Shown piece after piece: positions 24,035 through 40,244 of a DNA stretch of 64,000 bases. This stretch comes from Escherichia coli. Lineage in GTDB: Bacteria > Pseudomonadota > Gammaproteobacteria > Enterobacterales > Enterobacteriaceae. The translations under genes and the position numbers were made by a program. The first letter of the stretch is position 1. Every line of letters begins with the position of its first letter. The stretch lies in assembly GCF_044324875.1 (NCBI RefSeq), contig NZ_CP172185.1; one strand, given 5' to 3'. Under the pieces are notes generated by a model. That model searched no databases, was not told the origin of the DNA, and was given only the letters and a program-made list of their open reading frames with translations.

Positions 24035-24260
24035 GGGAACACCTCCTTCTTTGCTGTTATGCCAATCATGCAAGCGAAGGAGAAAAGCAGCTATCAGACA
24101 GAAGATGAAAAGCGCGGGAATGGCTGGAAATACTTAAGGATTCGGAGGAGTCTGAAGGAATGCCTGATGCGACGCTTAACGCGTCTTATCAGGCCTACCG
24201 CTCGTACCATTTGTCCAGGGCGGATGAGGCGTTTATGCCCCATCCGTCAGTACAAGCCGA

Positions 24261-25565
24261 TTAATGCAACTTCAAACGTGGACGGATAACGCGGTTAATA
24301 CTCCCCACCAGCATCATTAATCCGGTTTTAAAGTAACCATGCAGCGCAATCTGGTGCATTCGGTACAGCGAGATGTATACAAAGCGCGCAATTCGTCCTT
24401 CAATCATCATTGAGCCGCGCGTCAGGTTACCCATCAGGCTACCGACGGTGGAGAAGTTCGACAGCGATACCAGCGAACCGTGATCTTTATACTGATAATT
24501 TTTCAGCGGCTTACCGTTCATCTGCGCCAGAATGTTGTTCATTGCGCAGGTTGCCATCTGATGTGCGGCCTGAGCGCGCGGCGGAACAAATCCCCCTTCC
24601 GGACGCGGGCATGACGCGCAGTCGCCAATAGCGTATATGTCTGGATCGCGAGTGGTTTGCAGCGTCGGTTCCACCACCAGCTGGTTGATACGGTTGGTTT
24701 CAAGACCACCGATATCTTTCAGGAAGTCTGGCGCTTTGATCCCGGCTGCCCACACCATCAGATCAGCCTCAATATATTCACCATCTTTAGTGTGCAGGCC
24801 GCCTTCATCAGCACTGGTGACCATGGTTTGCGTCAGCACGCGAACGCCAAGTTTCGTTAACTCATTATGGGCCGCAGCAGAGATACGTGGCGGTAATGCA
24901 GGCAAAATACGTTCGCCCGCTTCTACCAGCGTTACGTTCAGGGCTTCGTTGGTCAGGCCTTTGTAACCGTAGCTGTGCAGTTGCTTGACCGCGTTGTGCA
25001 ATTCAGCGGAGAGTTCTACACCCGTCGCGCCGCCGCCGACAATCGCAATGTTTACTTTGCCATTCGCGCCCAGGTTGGCGGAGTATTTCAGGAACAGATT
25101 CAGCATCTCCTGGTGGAAGCGACGCGCCTGGTGCGGGTTATCGAGGAAAATGCAGTTCTCTTTGACACCTGGCGTATTGAAATCGTTGGAGGTGCTACCC
25201 AGCGCCATTACCAGGGTGTCATAGGCGATTTTACGTTCCGGAACCAGCAGTTCACCTTTCTCGTCGCGCAGTTCTGCAATAGTGATTGTTTTCGCTTCAC
25301 GATCAATATCAATGACGGAACCCAGCTGGAACTGGAAACCATGATTGCGCGCATGGGCCAGATAGCTCAACGCATCGACGCCTTCATCAAGCGAGCCAGT
25401 CGCTACTTCGTGCAGCAGCGGTTTCCACAGGTGGCTGTGGTTACGATCGACCAGCGTAATTTTGGCTTTTTTCTTGCGTCCCAGCTTATGCCCCAGCTGT
25501 GTTGCCATTTCCAGCCCACCAGCACCGCCGCCGACAATCACAATTTTTTTCAATGGCGTAGTCAA
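24261..25565 (-). CDS. ndh: NADH:quinone oxidoreductase II (NDH-2)
   Basis: Recognised Ndh with FAD/NAD-binding GGGAGG motif; probable TTG start giving 434 aa. Confidence 0.95.
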
Positions 25566-25837
25566 CGTGACCCCCTTAAATTTATTAACCAATTGTTAAT
25601 TAATGGTTATTAACATAGCTCTTAATTAACAACAGGTTACAGCAATGAAAATGTTCTTCGCTAATGAGAATAACATGAATGGTGCATTGGTCATACCAAA
25701 ATTGATGTTAATCAAGTTTTGTTGCTGAAAAGATAGGCGACTTTACCGGGTGAGATCAAAAAACAGAGTTTGTTGTTTATTATTTGAGCGAATTTGTGAG
25801 AGTGATATAGAGTGAGGTGTGTATGGAGGGCGTTCGG

Positions 25838-25960
<123 letters not shown>

Positions 25961-25964
25961 GCAT

Positions 25965-26507
25965 TTACCCGAGGGTTTTGAACGCTTTAATGCGCTGTAA
26001 ATGCGGGGAGATATTCTTGAATTTGTGCGTCTGCTCTTCGTCCCAGACAATCTCGTAATAATGATGCAGCTCTTCAGATGTCCGCTGGCTGTTAAGCGCT
26101 TCATCATTACGCGACAAAATCACCAGGCAACGATCGCGATTCTTCTCACGGAAGTTGGTCACACACTTAGTGGCAATATCGGCATACTCTTCCGGGCGAT
26201 CAATCTTGCCTTCCATGTTCTCATAAGGGAACAAATTAGGGTTGAAGATCACCTGGCGGATGTCGCAAAGAAAACCAATCCGTTCTGCCCAGTATCCGCC
26301 CAAGCCAACGCCGCAAATTAGCGGACGCTCGTCAACGTTCAGTTGCAACATTTTGTCCACTTCTTTAAGCAGATGCTGCATATCATGTTTCGGATGCCGC
26401 GTACTGTAGCTTATCAAGCGTACATCCGGGTCAATAAACTGCAATTGTAAGACTTTCTCGTGGTTACCCGGACTGTTAGAGTCAAAACCGTGTAAATAGA
26501 TAATCAT
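25965..26507 (-). CDS. ycfP: Alpha/beta hydrolase-fold esterase YcfP
   Basis: Recognised YcfP; start at [10 protein letters not shown] gives 180 aa. Confidence 0.9.
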
Positions 26508-26529
26508 CGCTTCCTCACATAAGCCAGGG

Positions 26530-28370
<1,841 letters not shown>

Positions 28371-28390
<20 letters not shown>

Positions 28391-29012
28391 CTTTACCTGA
28401 CCAGATAATTTCACCCGTCTGCACCAGCATCAGCTGCATTTGTAGGGTCGGAGCGTTAACGTTGCCAGAGGCGCTGGAGTACAGCACGTAATGAGCGCCG
28501 ACATTGCGGGCAATGCCTATGGCTTTACTACGGGTACCTAAACTGTCCTGCGGCGACAAACCTAACTGTTGCTTCGCCATCGACAGCTGCTGGGCGGAAA
28601 CCAGGGTAAATTTACCGTTATTAGCCAGCGCATTTCGCAGCGTTTCGGTCGCTTCTGCGGCATTCAGCGAACCGTTAGTACGGTTGTTAATGCTATCAAC
28701 CAGCAGGACGCTACCCGCAGTCACGCCGTCAGCCCCAAGCATCTTACTGACCATCGGCTGCATTGCGCCATTCCAGTCATAATGGCGAATATGCGGCGCA
28801 GGCGGTGCAGTTTGATCTTCGTGCTCAATTGGGCCTGGCTGCTGCGGGATTGTCGGCACCGATGGCACTGTGGGGACAGGCTGTTGCGGCTCGGCTGGTT
28901 GTTCCGGCGCTGGTTTCACTTCTTCTACCGGCGCAGGTTCACGTTGCCCCACACACCCGGCGAGAAACATCGCCAGCGCGGTAATCAAGGCGTAGCGACT
29001 CATTTTTGTCAT
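28371..29012 (-). CDS. lpoB: Penicillin-binding protein activator lipoprotein LpoB
   Basis: 213-aa ORF with lipobox LAGC, recognised as LpoB. Confidence 0.9.
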
Positions 29013-29025
29013 CAAGATTCACCCC

Positions 29026-29403
29026 TTACAAATATAGATAAAGTCTGACTTTGTGCGCCCCCAGAAAATTGGCGCTGCCGTACAGCGTTACCGCCGAATG
29101 TGCGGGAATGGTAACGCTGCGTGGCCTTTCCAGAGGATGCATCTCCAGCCCTCTGGCGTCATACCAGTAAAAACGATAATGAACGGTAACGGGTTCTTGC
29201 CTTTCGTTATAAAGCGTTGAGGATGCTGAAGGTTGAATATCAGACGTCGAAAGGACGGGCTTTTCTGCACTGATGCCCGCAGCCAATAAAGATGACTCCA
29301 TCACCAGCGATTGCTCATCATTCACCGGAATTTCCGGATGTGAACGACAGCCCACCAGCACTAACAACGCCAGAGACACCAGCCCAAAGCATCCTTTTCT
29401 CAT
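29026..29403 (-). CDS. ycfL: Lipoprotein YcfL
   Basis: 125-aa ORF with lipobox LVGC. Confidence 0.9.
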   Translation of the reverse strand: MRKGCFGLVSLALLVLVGCRSHPEIPVNDEQSLVMESSLLAAGISAEKPVLSTSDIQPSASSTLYNERQEPVTVHYRFYWYDARGLEMHPLERPRSVTIPAHSAVTLYGSANFLGAHKVRLYLYL

Positions 29404-29405
29404 CG

Positions 29406-29765
29406 TTACAGACCTTTATGCGCCAGCATTGGTCCCAGCGGACGGCCACCCAACAAGTGCATATGGATGTGGTAAACCTCTTGTCCGCCGTGGCGGTTGG
29501 TGTTCATGATCAGACGATAGCCATCTTCGGCAATACCTTCTTGCTCAGCAATTTTTGCCGCTACGGTGATCATGCGTCCCAGCGCCTGCTCATGCTCAGC
29601 AGACACGTCGTTCACAGTCGGAATGAGGATATTTGGAATGATCAGAATATGCGTTGGCGCTTGCGGCGAAATATCGCGAAACGCCGTTACCAGATCATCC
29701 TGGTAGACGATATCGGAGGGGATCTCACGACGAATAATTTTGCTAAATATAGTTTCTTCTGCCAC
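29406..29765 (-). CDS. hinT: Purine nucleoside phosphoramidase HinT (HIT family)
   Basis: Histidine triad HIHMHLLGG; probable GTG start giving 119 aa. Confidence 0.9.
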   Translation of the reverse strand: MAEETIFSKIIRREIPSDIVYQDDLVTAFRDISPQAPTHILIIPNILIPTVNDVSAEHEQALGRMITVAAKIAEQEGIAEDGYRLIMNTNRHGGQEVYHIHMHLLGGRPLGPMLAHKGL

Positions 29766-29783
29766 GACATTTTCCTTTTTCAA

Positions 29784-30098
29784 ATAGCCATGCGTTGCGC
29801 CATGCTACGCCGCGCCACACTGCGAGTATAGAGTATGGTCGAGTTAAACCTGCTCTTTCAACCTTAACTCACGATTTCTTAAGCAAAAAATCGTTTTGCT
29901 GCCGTAGATATCGCCATTATTCCCATTTCTGCCTGCGAATGCGCTGAAAAGACATTCTCTGTTTGGTTTACACGACAAATATGAATGCGTATATTTCTCA
30001 TTTGCATTTACATACAAAATTATTCGCACACTAAATATAACCGCTCATCCCCCTCCTCCGGCATGAGCCTGACGACAACATAAACCAAGAGATTTCAA
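29784..30098 (+). promoter_or_regulatory. fhuE promoter region; Fur-regulated by established knowledge, candidate Fur-box-like AT-rich sequence near 29907-29922
   Basis: Position upstream of fhuE; exact operator not confirmed. Confidence 0.35.
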
Positions 30099-32288
30099 AT
30101 GCTTTCAACACAATTTAACAGGGATAATCAACATCAAACCACCTCCAAACCGTCACTGCTTGCCGCCTGCATAGCACTGGCACTCTTACCTTCCGCCGCT
30201 TTTGCTGCACCAGCCACTGAAGAAACGGTGATTGTTGAGGGTTCAGCCACTACTCCAGTTGATGACGAAAATGATTACAGCGTAACGTCTACCTCTGCGG
30301 GTACCAAAATGCAGATGACTCAACGTGATATTCCTCAGTCGGTCACTATTGTTAGCCAGCAGCGGATGGAAGATCAGCAGTTACAAACTCTGGGCGAAGT
30401 GATGGAAAACACGCTGGGGATCAGCAAAAGTCAGGCGGATTCCGATCGTGCTCTTTATTATTCCCGCGGATTCCAGATCGATAACTATATGGTTGATGGT
30501 ATCCCCACCTATTTTGAATCGCGCTGGAATCTGGGCGACGCACTTTCTGATATGGCACTGTTTGAACGCGTAGAAGTTGTGCGTGGCGCGACAGGCCTCA
30601 TGACCGGGACGGGTAATCCATCTGCGGCAATTAATATGGTTCGAAAACACGCGACCAGTCGTGAATTTAAAGGCGATGTCTCGGCGGAATACGGTAGCTG
30701 GAACAAAGAACGGTATGTGGCGGATTTACAAAGCCCACTCACCGAAGATGGTAAAATCCGCGCACGAATTGTCGGCGGCTACCAGAATAACGACTCATGG
30801 CTGGACCGCTACAACAGTGAAAAGACCTTCTTCTCCGGCATTGTCGATGCTGATTTAGGCGATCTTACGATGCTTTCAGCCGGTTACGAATATCAGCGTA
30901 TTGATGTTAATAGCCCAACCTGGGGCGGTTTACCGCGCTGGAATACTGATGGCAGCAGCAACAGTTACGATCGCGCACGCAGTACCGCACCTGACTGGGC
31001 GTACAACGATAAAGAGATCAACAAGGTCTTTATGACCCTGAAGCAGCGGTTTGCTGATACCTAGCAAGCGACACTGAATGCCACCCACTCCGAAGTCGAA
31101 TTTGACAGCAAAATGATGTATGTCGATGCCTATGTAAGTAAAGCGGATGGTATGCTGGTTGGGCCATACAGTAATTATGGACCTGGCTTTGATTATGTCG
31201 GCGGCACCGGTTGGAACAGCGGCAAACGTAAAGTTGATGCGCTGGATTTGTTCGCTGACGGTAGTTATGAATTGTTTGGTCGTCAGCACAATCTAATGTT
31301 TGGTGGCAGTTACAGCAAACAAAACAATCGTTACTTCAGTTCATGGGCCAACATCTTCCCGGATGAAATTGGCAGTTTCTACAACTTTAATGGCAATTTC
31401 CCACAAACCGACTGGTCACCACAGAGTCTGGCGCAGGACGATACCACACATATGAAATCGTTATATGCTGCCACTCGAGTCACCCTTGCCGATCCGCTGC
31501 ATCTGATCCTCGGCGCACGTTATACCAACTGGCGGGTTGATACGCTGACTTACAGCATGGAGAAAAACCACACCACGCCTTATGCTGGTTTGGTATTTGA
31601 CATCAATGACAACTGGTCGACCTACGCCAGCTATACCTCTATTTTCCAGCCGCAAAATGATCGTGACAGTTCAGGCAAATATCTGGCTCCAATCACCGGT
31701 AACAACTACGAGCTGGGTCTGAAATCGGACTGGATGAATAGCCGTCTGACCACCACGTTAGCCATCTTCCGTATTGAGCAGGATAATGTCGCTCAGTCCA
31801 CCGGTACACCTATCCCCGGCAGCAACGGCGAAACCGCCTATAAAGCGGTGGATGGGACAGTCAGTAAAGGTGTGGAATTTGAACTCAACGGCGCAATTAC
31901 CGACAACTGGCAGCTGACGTTTGGCGCAACGCGCTATATTGCAGAAGATAACGAAGGAAACGCCGTTAATCCTAATCTGCCACGCACCACGGTTAAAATG
32001 TTCACCAGCTATCGGTTGCCTGTCATGCCAGAGTTGACGGTCGGCGGTGGTGTTAACTGGCAAAATCGCGTGTATACCGACACCGTGACACCGTATGGCA
32101 CCTTCCGCGCCGAGCAAGGTAGCTACGCGCTGGTGGATCTCTTCACCCGCTACCAGGTGACGAAAAACTTCTCGTTACAGGGGAACGTCAATAACCTGTT
32201 CGACAAAACCTACGATACCAACGTGGAAGGTTCTATCGTCTACGGCGCACCGCGTAATTTCAGCATTACCGGCACGTATCAATTCTGA
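30099..32288 (+). pseudogene. fhuE: TonB-dependent ferric coprogen/rhodotorulic acid receptor FhuE with an in-frame TAG stop at 31062-31064
   Basis: Track ORFs 30099-31064 and 31113-32288 share one frame across 730 codons; C-terminal Phe typical of an outer-membrane barrel. Confidence 0.85.
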
Positions 32289-32299
32289 ATAACACCTGT

Positions 32300-32329
32300 A
32301 AAAAAGGCAGCCATCCGGCTGCCTTAGTC
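32300..32329 (-). terminator. Intrinsic terminator between convergent fhuE and ptsG
   Basis: Stem AGGCAGCC/GGCTGCCT with a U-run on the minus-strand transcript. Confidence 0.6.
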
Positions 32330-32347
32330 TCCCCAACGTCTTACGGA

Positions 32348-33781
32348 TTAGTGGTTACGGATGTACTCATCCATCTCGGTTTTCAGGTTATCGGATTTAG
32401 TACCGAAAATCGCCTGAACACCAGAACCAGCAACCACTACGCCCGCTGCGCCCAGTTTCTTCAGGCCAGCCTGATCCACTTTAGACACATCAGCAACGCT
32501 GACGCGCAGACGGGTAATACATGCGTCGAGGTTAGTAATGTTTTCTTTACCACCAAATGCAGCAACCAGAGCCGGTGCCATTTCGCTGGTACCTGTCGCT
32601 TTTGCATCTTCAGTCGCATCTTCACGACCCGGCGTTTTCAGATCCAGTGCTTTAATCAGCACGCGGAAGATGGTGTAGTAAACAATCGCATAACCGATAC
32701 CGACGATCGGGAACAGCCACAGTTTGCTGCTGTTACCAGACAGAACGATGAAGTCGATCAGACCGTGCGAGAACGACGTACCGTCACGCATCCCCAAAAG
32801 AATACAGATTGGGAATGCCAGGCCTGCCAGAATCGCGTGGATGATATACAGGATCGGCGCAACGAACATGAAGGAGAACTCGATCGGCTCGGTGATACCG
32901 GTCAGGAACGAGGTCAGCGCCGCGGAGATCATAATACCGCCCACTTTCGCGCGGTTTTCTGGTTTAGCAGAGTGCCAGATAGCAATTGCGGCAGCTGGCA
33001 GACCGTACATTTTGAACAGGAAGCCACCAGACAGTTTACCCGCAGTCGGGTCACCCGCCATATAACGCGGAATGTCGCCGTGGAAAACCTGACCTGCTGC
33101 GTTGGTGTATTCACCAATTTGCATCTGGAAAGGTACGTTCCAGATGTGGTGCAGACCAAACGGTACCAGGCAACGTTCGATGAAACCGTAAATGCCAAAC
33201 GCAACTACCGGGTTCTGGTAAGCAGCCCACTGAGAGAAGGTCTGGATTGCAGAACCAATCGGCGGCCAAATGAAGGACAGCACAACGCCAGTAAAGATGG
33301 CAGCCAGGCCAGAAATGATCGGCACAAAGCGTTTACCGGCAAAGAAGCCAAGATACTCAGGCAGCTTAATACGGTAGAAACGGTTAAACATATACGCTGC
33401 AATCGCACCGGAGATAATCCCTCCGAGTACGCCAGTATCCGCCAGGTGTTTAGAGGCGATTTCTTCAGCAGGTAAATGCAGTACCAGTGGCGCAACCACG
33501 GCCATGGTTTTAACCATGATGCCATAGGCAACAACTGCAGCCAGCGCGGATACGCCATCGTTATTGGTAAAGCCGAGGGCGACACCGATCGCAAAAATCA
33601 GTGGCATGTTTGCAAAGACGGAACCGCCTGCTTCTGCCATAACATGCGATACAACGGCGGGCAGCCAGCTGAAATTCGCGGAACCGACGCCCAGCAGAAT
33701 ACCTGCGATAGGCAGTACGGATACCGGCAGCATCAGCGATTTACCGACCTTTTGCAGGTTAGCAAATGCATTCTTAAACAT
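32348..33781 (-). CDS. ptsG: Glucose-specific PTS enzyme IICB
   Basis: 477-aa ORF recognised as PtsG. Confidence 0.95.
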
Positions 33782-34074
33782 AATTGAGAGTGCTCCTGAG
33801 TATGGGTGCTTTTTTACGTTCTCACGCGTGGCAAGGGGGGAGAGCCTCGCCGTATACAGGGCATCTAAGCGCCCTTTATTTATTACACAGAGTAAAATAA
33901 TTCAGTGCCAATTTGTTTGACGGCTATCACGTTTCAACTTCAGATCATTGGAAAAGTTGCACATTTTGACAAAACATATGTCACAATATTTCAAACGTGG
34001 TTATTCACCGCCCAATTTTCGGCGGTGAACTTTACTCGTTTTAGCCATTAATTACGAGCTTTAAAAAAACTCAT
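33782..34074 (-). promoter_or_regulatory. ptsG promoter and 5' leader (Mlc/CRP control and SgrS target by established knowledge)
   Basis: Position upstream of ptsG; no motifs verified here. Confidence 0.4.
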
Positions 34075-34872
34075 TCAACGGATGGATTGAAGGCGGGAAG
34101 CGTCGATGTGAAACAGACGGGCGAAGTTATCGGTGGTTACCTGCGCCAGTTCTTCAACGGCAACACCTTTCAACACAGCCATGTATTCTGCAACGTCACG
34201 AACCATCGCAGGTTGATTCTCTTTTCCTCGATGCGGAACCGGTGCAAGGTAAGGTGAGTCAGTTTCCACCAGTAACCGATCCAGGGGGACATATCGCGCA
34301 GCATCGCGCAGTTGCTCCGCATTACGGAAGGTCACAATGCCGGAAAAGGAGATGTAAAATCCGAGATCCAGTAATTTACCCGCCGTTTCTCTGTCCTCTG
34401 TAAAACAGTGTAGTACGCCACCGCAATCCGTCACTTTTTCTTCGCGCAGAATTGCCAGCGTATCGGCGCGGGCGTCACGGGTATGGACGATAACCGGCTT
34501 GTTCAGTTCACGACCAATCTGGATATGATGAATGAAGGACTCTTGCTGACGTACTTTAGTTTCCGGCGTGTAATAATAATCCAACCCGGTTTCACCCAGC
34601 GCAACAACGCCCACTTCTGCCGCCAGACGGCGTAAATCTTCTACATCGTAGGGATCATTCTGGTTGAGTGGATGCACGCCACAAGAAAATACGACGTTGT
34701 CACGTTCGCCTACCAGATCCCGCATATGTAAATAACCCGGTAATGTTGTGGCGACTGCCAGACAAAATTTCACATCGCGTGCGGCGGCTTTCGCCAGAAC
34801 GTCATCCACGTCCTTATGCAAAGATTCATAATCCAGACCATCGAGATGGCAGTGTGAGTCGACTAAAAACAT
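34075..34872 (-). CDS. ycfH: TatD-family metal-dependent DNase YcfH
   Basis: Recognised YcfH; start at [11 protein letters not shown] gives 265 aa. Confidence 0.9.
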   Translation of the reverse strand: MFLVDSHCHLDGLDYESLHKDVDDVLAKAAARDVKFCLAVATTLPGYLHMRDLVGERDNVVFSCGVHPLNQNDPYDVEDLRRLAAEVGVVALGETGLDYYYTPETKVRQQESFIHHIQIGRELNKPVIVHTRDARADTLAILREEKVTDCGGVLHCFTEDRETAGKLLDLGFYISFSGIVTFRNAEQLRDAARYVPLDRLLVETDSPYLAPVPHRGKENQPAMVRDVAEYMAVLKGVAVEELAQVTTDNFARLFHIDASRLQSIR

Positions 34873-34882
34873 GATGTCTCTC

Positions 34883-35887
34883 TTAAAGATGAGGAACCGG
34901 TAGCACAACGCCCGGTTGCAGGTAATGCTCAATACGCAGTAAAAGATCGGTGATGAGAAGCTCGCGGTTGATGCCTGTGACAGACATTAACTGTTCACGA
35001 ATGTGGCAAACATCCCCCAGTATAGCCTGCAGGCGCGAGGGAGAAAGATGGTTTGCCAGTTCGACGACCAGCCCCGGCACATCAACATTGGTCACCTGCG
35101 CAGCGCCATAATGGCGTTTTAGCGCATCCATCAGCAACGTTGCCAGCCAGTGTAAACGCGCCGGAGCTTGTTCATGATTAAGGGCCGCTAGCAGCGAATA
35201 CCAGTCGCCCGATTGCACGCTATATGCCAGCGCCTGACACAATGTTTCACGAGCCTGCCAGTTATCTCCCTGAAACAACGCCAGTGCCGCGCCAGGCGAA
35301 CCGGCGCTTAAGCGCAATGCGGCAAGTAGTGCATCCTGTGACATTGTCACTTCGCGTGAAAGCCAGGTCACGGCGTACTGTTCCGGCGGCGGCGCAAGGT
35401 AATGCAACCGACAACGACTACGCAATGTTGCCAGTAAACGTTCTGGCTCGCGGGTAGCAAGGAAAAACCACGTTTCTGCTGGTGGCTCTTCAAGCGTTTT
35501 CAGCAATGCGTTAGCCGCGGCGTCGGTTAGTAAGGCAGCATCGGTTACCCAGACAACTTTCGCACCACCTAAGCGTGCGTGCTCACTCAGCTTTTCGGTG
35601 ACCTCACGTACCGCATCAATGCCCAGCGTATTTTTCCCTTTTTCGGGAGCCAGGGTGTAGTAATCGGGATGTGTGCCAGCCTGCATCAACTGACATCCAC
35701 GACAGTGACCGCAACTTTTGTGGCCCTGCGGTTGTTGGCAGAGTAAATAACGGCTCAGGGCGTAGATTAAAGCATCATCGCCCATGCCCGGTAACGCCTG
35801 AATGAGCAGCGCATGGTGACCTCTTCCGGCCTGATAGCTGGCTACCAGTTTTTCGAAATCAGGTCGTAACCATGGATACCATCTCAT
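34883..35887 (-). CDS. holB: DNA polymerase III delta-prime subunit
   Basis: 334-aa ORF recognised as HolB. Confidence 0.95.
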   Translation of the reverse strand: MRWYPWLRPDFEKLVASYQAGRGHHALLIQALPGMGDDALIYALSRYLLCQQPQGHKSCGHCRGCQLMQAGTHPDYYTLAPEKGKNTLGIDAVREVTEKLSEHARLGGAKVVWVTDAALLTDAAANALLKTLEEPPAETWFFLATREPERLLATLRSRCRLHYLAPPPEQYAVTWLSREVTMSQDALLAALRLSAGSPGAALALFQGDNWQARETLCQALAYSVQSGDWYSLLAALNHEQAPARLHWLATLLMDALKRHYGAAQVTNVDVPGLVVELANHLSPSRLQAILGDVCHIREQLMSVTGINRELLITDLLLRIEHYLQPGVVLPVPHL

Positions 35888-36525
35888 GCGTCCAACTCCT
35901 TCACCCAGTTGGTCACGGTAGTGCGGATTGCATCCATCACGGCCTCCAGCGGCTGGGTGGCATCAATGGTATGAATGCTTTTATCTTGTGCTGCCAGTTC
36001 CAGATAGCGGGCGCGGGTGCGATTAAAGAAATCGAAAGACTCTTGCTCAATACGATCCAGCTCGCCGCGCGCACGCGCGCGTTTTAAGCCAACTTCCGGG
36101 GTAACATCGAGATAGAGCGTTAAGTCGGGGCGAAAATCCCCGAGAACAGCATCACGCAATGTTGCCAGCATATGTTGGTCAATACCACGTCCGCCGCCCT
36201 GATACGCCTGAGTGGAGAGATCGTGGCGATCGCCAATCACCCAAGTGCCGTTAGCCAGCGCAGGTTTGATGACCGTTTCTACCAGTTGAACGCGCGCGGC
36301 ATAAAACATCAGAACTTCGGCTTTATCGGTAATGACTTCATCGCCTACCGATTTGATATCCAGCACCAGGCTTCTTAACTTTTCGGCAAGTTGCGTACCG
36401 CCAGGTTCCCGAGTGAAAACCATGTCGCGGATACCCAGTTGCTCGAGCGTCTCAACCACCACGTTACGCGCGGTAGTTTTGCCTGCGCCTTCCAGCCCCT
36501 CAATGACGATATACTTACTGCGCAT
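35884..36525 (-). CDS. tmk: Thymidylate kinase
   Basis: P-loop GLEGAGKTT; 213 aa. Confidence 0.95.
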   Translation of the reverse strand: MRSKYIVIEGLEGAGKTTARNVVVETLEQLGIRDMVFTREPGGTQLAEKLRSLVLDIKSVGDEVITDKAEVLMFYAARVQLVETVIKPALANGTWVIGDRHDLSTQAYQGGGRGIDQHMLATLRDAVLGDFRPDLTLYLDVTPEVGLKRARARGELDRIEQESFDFFNRTRARYLELAAQDKSIHTIDATQPLEAVMDAIRTTVTNWVKELDA

Positions 36526-37537
36526 TTTTTTCCTTAAGCACTTTCAGATAATCCTGCACAGACTTGTTATGACTGGCAAGATTGGTATTAAACGTGTGAC
36601 CACCTTTACCATCGGCCACAAAATAGAGATACGGCGTTTTTGCCGGATGCGCAGCAGCCTTCAGCGAATCCGCCCCCGGCGTCGCTATCGCACCTGGAGG
36701 CAAACCGGTAATGGTATAGGTGTTATACGCTGTCGGCGTTTCCAGGTCTGCACGAGAAAGTTTGCCATTATAACGCTCTCCCATCCCGTAAATCACGGTC
36801 GGGTCGGTCTGCAGGCGCATACCAATGCGTAAACGGTTGATAAATACCGAGGCAACCTGATCGCGTTCACTGGCAACGGCGGTTTCTTTTTCGATAATTG
36901 ATGCCATCGTCACCAGCTGGTTTTTATCTTTATAGGGCAGACCGTCCGCACGCCCTTCCCAGGCGCTATCGACCGCTTTCACCATTTTCTTGTGCGCTCG
37001 CTTGAGTAACGCGACATCGGTGGTATTGGCGGTATACATCCAGGTGTCTGGCCAGAACCAACCTTCAATCCACTCTGGGTTTTCCAGTTCAAGTGCCTGC
37101 GCTACGGTGGCGTACTTATCGTCGCTCAGCGTATGCTTGATATACGGGGCCTCACGCAATTGCTTGAGGTAATCGCTCAGACGCATCCCTTCTACCAGTC
37201 GCAGAGGGAACTGTGCTTCTTTACCGCTTTCCAGCAATTTCAGCATCTCGCGCACGGTCATCTGCGGTGTAAAGCGGTAAGTCCCGGCTTTAAAGTGAGA
37301 AAGATCCGGTTCGATACGCAGCAGCCATTGGAAAACCCGTGGGCGATTGATGATCTTATCGGCATAAAGCTGTTCACCGAGCGCCAGACGTCCGGTCCCT
37401 GGCTTCAGGGTAAATATCGTCTCTTCTTTGATAAGCAATTTGCTGTCGGCAAGATGGCGAACCTTCCAGACGCCCACACCAGCGGCGATACCCAGTACCA
37501 CCAGCAATAACAAGATAATCAATAACACTTTTTTCAT
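36515..37537 (-). CDS. mltG: Endolytic murein transglycosylase MltG (YceG)
   Basis: 340-aa ORF recognised as YceG. Confidence 0.95.
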   Translation of the reverse strand: MKKVLLIILLLLVVLGIAAGVGVWKVRHLADSKLLIKEETIFTLKPGTGRLALGEQLYADKIINRPRVFQWLLRIEPDLSHFKAGTYRFTPQMTVREMLKLLESGKEAQFPLRLVEGMRLSDYLKQLREAPYIKHTLSDDKYATVAQALELENPEWIEGWFWPDTWMYTANTTDVALLKRAHKKMVKAVDSAWEGRADGLPYKDKNQLVTMASIIEKETAVASERDQVASVFINRLRIGMRLQTDPTVIYGMGERYNGKLSRADLETPTAYNTYTITGLPPGAIATPGADSLKAAAHPAKTPYLYFVADGKGGHTFNTNLASHNKSVQDYLKVLKEKNAQ

Positions 37538-37539
37538 GA

Positions 37540-38349
37540 CTAATTCGGGCGCTCACAAAGTGGGGCTAAATATTCATATAACGTTGCTGACGAAAAGGAG
37601 ACATCGCCACAGGCACGTACGGGCATCACTGGCATTAACGCATTACAAATAACCATCTCATCTGCCTGCAACGCCTCCTCCAGCGAGGCTTGCACTTCGA
37701 CAAGCTGATAAGAGGATTGTGCCAGCAAACGGATACAGAATTGTCGCATAATGCCGTTAACACCTGCCTGATCCAGTCGCGGCGTATAAACTACGTTGCC
37801 CTTCCGCCAGAACAAATTAGCCGCACAGCATTCCGTAACCCACCCTTCGCTGTCAAGGACCAGCGCCTCATCAGCGTTTGTCTGCTCAAGATGAGAGCGG
37901 ATCAATACTTGCTCAAGCCGATTAAGATGTTTAATACCTGCAAGATGAGGATTGCGCCCCAGCCGCACCGGGCTTAGCGCCAACGTCATCCCTTCGTTAC
38001 GCAAACGGTCGTAATGTGCGGGATAAACCGTAACGGAGAGAATCCGCGTTGCCGGTCCGCTGTTCAATGTGCTGTACCCTCGCCCGCCACTACCGCGACT
38101 GATCACCACTTTCAGCACACCATTTTGCTGTTCTGCTGCCAGCGTTTTCATCTCTAGTTCAAGCTGAGGCCAGAAGTCACAGGAAATCATCAACCGCTGA
38201 CAAGCATCCTGTAGTCGCTGGATATGCGCCGATAACAAACTGACTTTACCGTCGATAACTCTGGCGGTGGTAAAACAACCATCACCAAACTGCGTTGCCC
38301 GATCGCTTACTGCCAGCGATTCCTGCTTATGACCGTTAATTAAGAACAT
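37540..38349 (-). CDS. pabC: Aminodeoxychorismate lyase PabC
   Basis: 269-aa ORF recognised as PabC. Confidence 0.95.
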   Translation of the reverse strand: MFLINGHKQESLAVSDRATQFGDGCFTTARVIDGKVSLLSAHIQRLQDACQRLMISCDFWPQLELEMKTLAAEQQNGVLKVVISRGSGGRGYSTLNSGPATRILSVTVYPAHYDRLRNEGMTLALSPVRLGRNPHLAGIKHLNRLEQVLIRSHLEQTNADEALVLDSEGWVTECCAANLFWRKGNVVYTPRLDQAGVNGIMRQFCIRLLAQSSYQLVEVQASLEEALQADEMVICNALMPVMPVRACGDVSFSSATLYEYLAPLCERPN

Positions 38350-38468
38350 ACCGGCTCCTTATCAGAGAATTGTTAGTGTGGCAGCATGTTCACTACGGAA
38401 CAAGTCGGAATAAAAGCTAAGAAAAAAGGCCCGCAAGCGGACCTTTTATAAGGGTGGAAAATGACAAT

Positions 38469-39740
<1,272 letters not shown>

Positions 39741-39797
39741 CTAGTGGGACAAAAAGATAAAACTCAGGCGGTCGAACGACCGCCTGGAGATGTTCAC

Positions 39798-40034
39798 TTA
39801 CGCCTGGTGGCCGTTGATGTAATCAATGGCAGCCTGAACGGTGGTGATTTTCTCAGCTTCTTCGTCCGGAATCTCAGTATCAAACTCTTCTTCCAGAGCC
39901 ATTACCAGCTCAACGGTGTCAAGAGAATCCGCGCCCAGGTCTTCAACGAAAGAAGCATTGTTGGTAACTTCTTCCTGCTTAACGCCCAGCTGTTCGCCGA
40001 TAATTTTCTTAACGCGTTCTTCGATAGTGCTCAT
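39798..40034 (-). CDS. acpP: Acyl carrier protein
   Basis: 78-aa ORF with phosphopantetheine attachment motif LGADSLD. Confidence 0.98.
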
Positions 40035-40244
40035 ACTCTTAAATTTCCTATCAAAACTCGCTTTCGCGATGGTTTTCGTAGTGTATAAAATGTTGAAAAA
40101 TTTGCAACTAAATCCCGGCAGGTCTTACCACGATTTTACGTTATTTTGAGGCCTTACCCCCCAATAACGCAAATCATTTTGCACTAATTATTACTCATAA
40201 CCACGCAGACTGCGCGCAACATGAGCATTTTGTGCAAATCGCGG

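Noticed and set aside
32351-33475. 374-aa plus-strand ORF antisense to ptsG
   Set aside because: Completely contained within the conserved ptsG gene; no RBS and Arg-rich junk composition.
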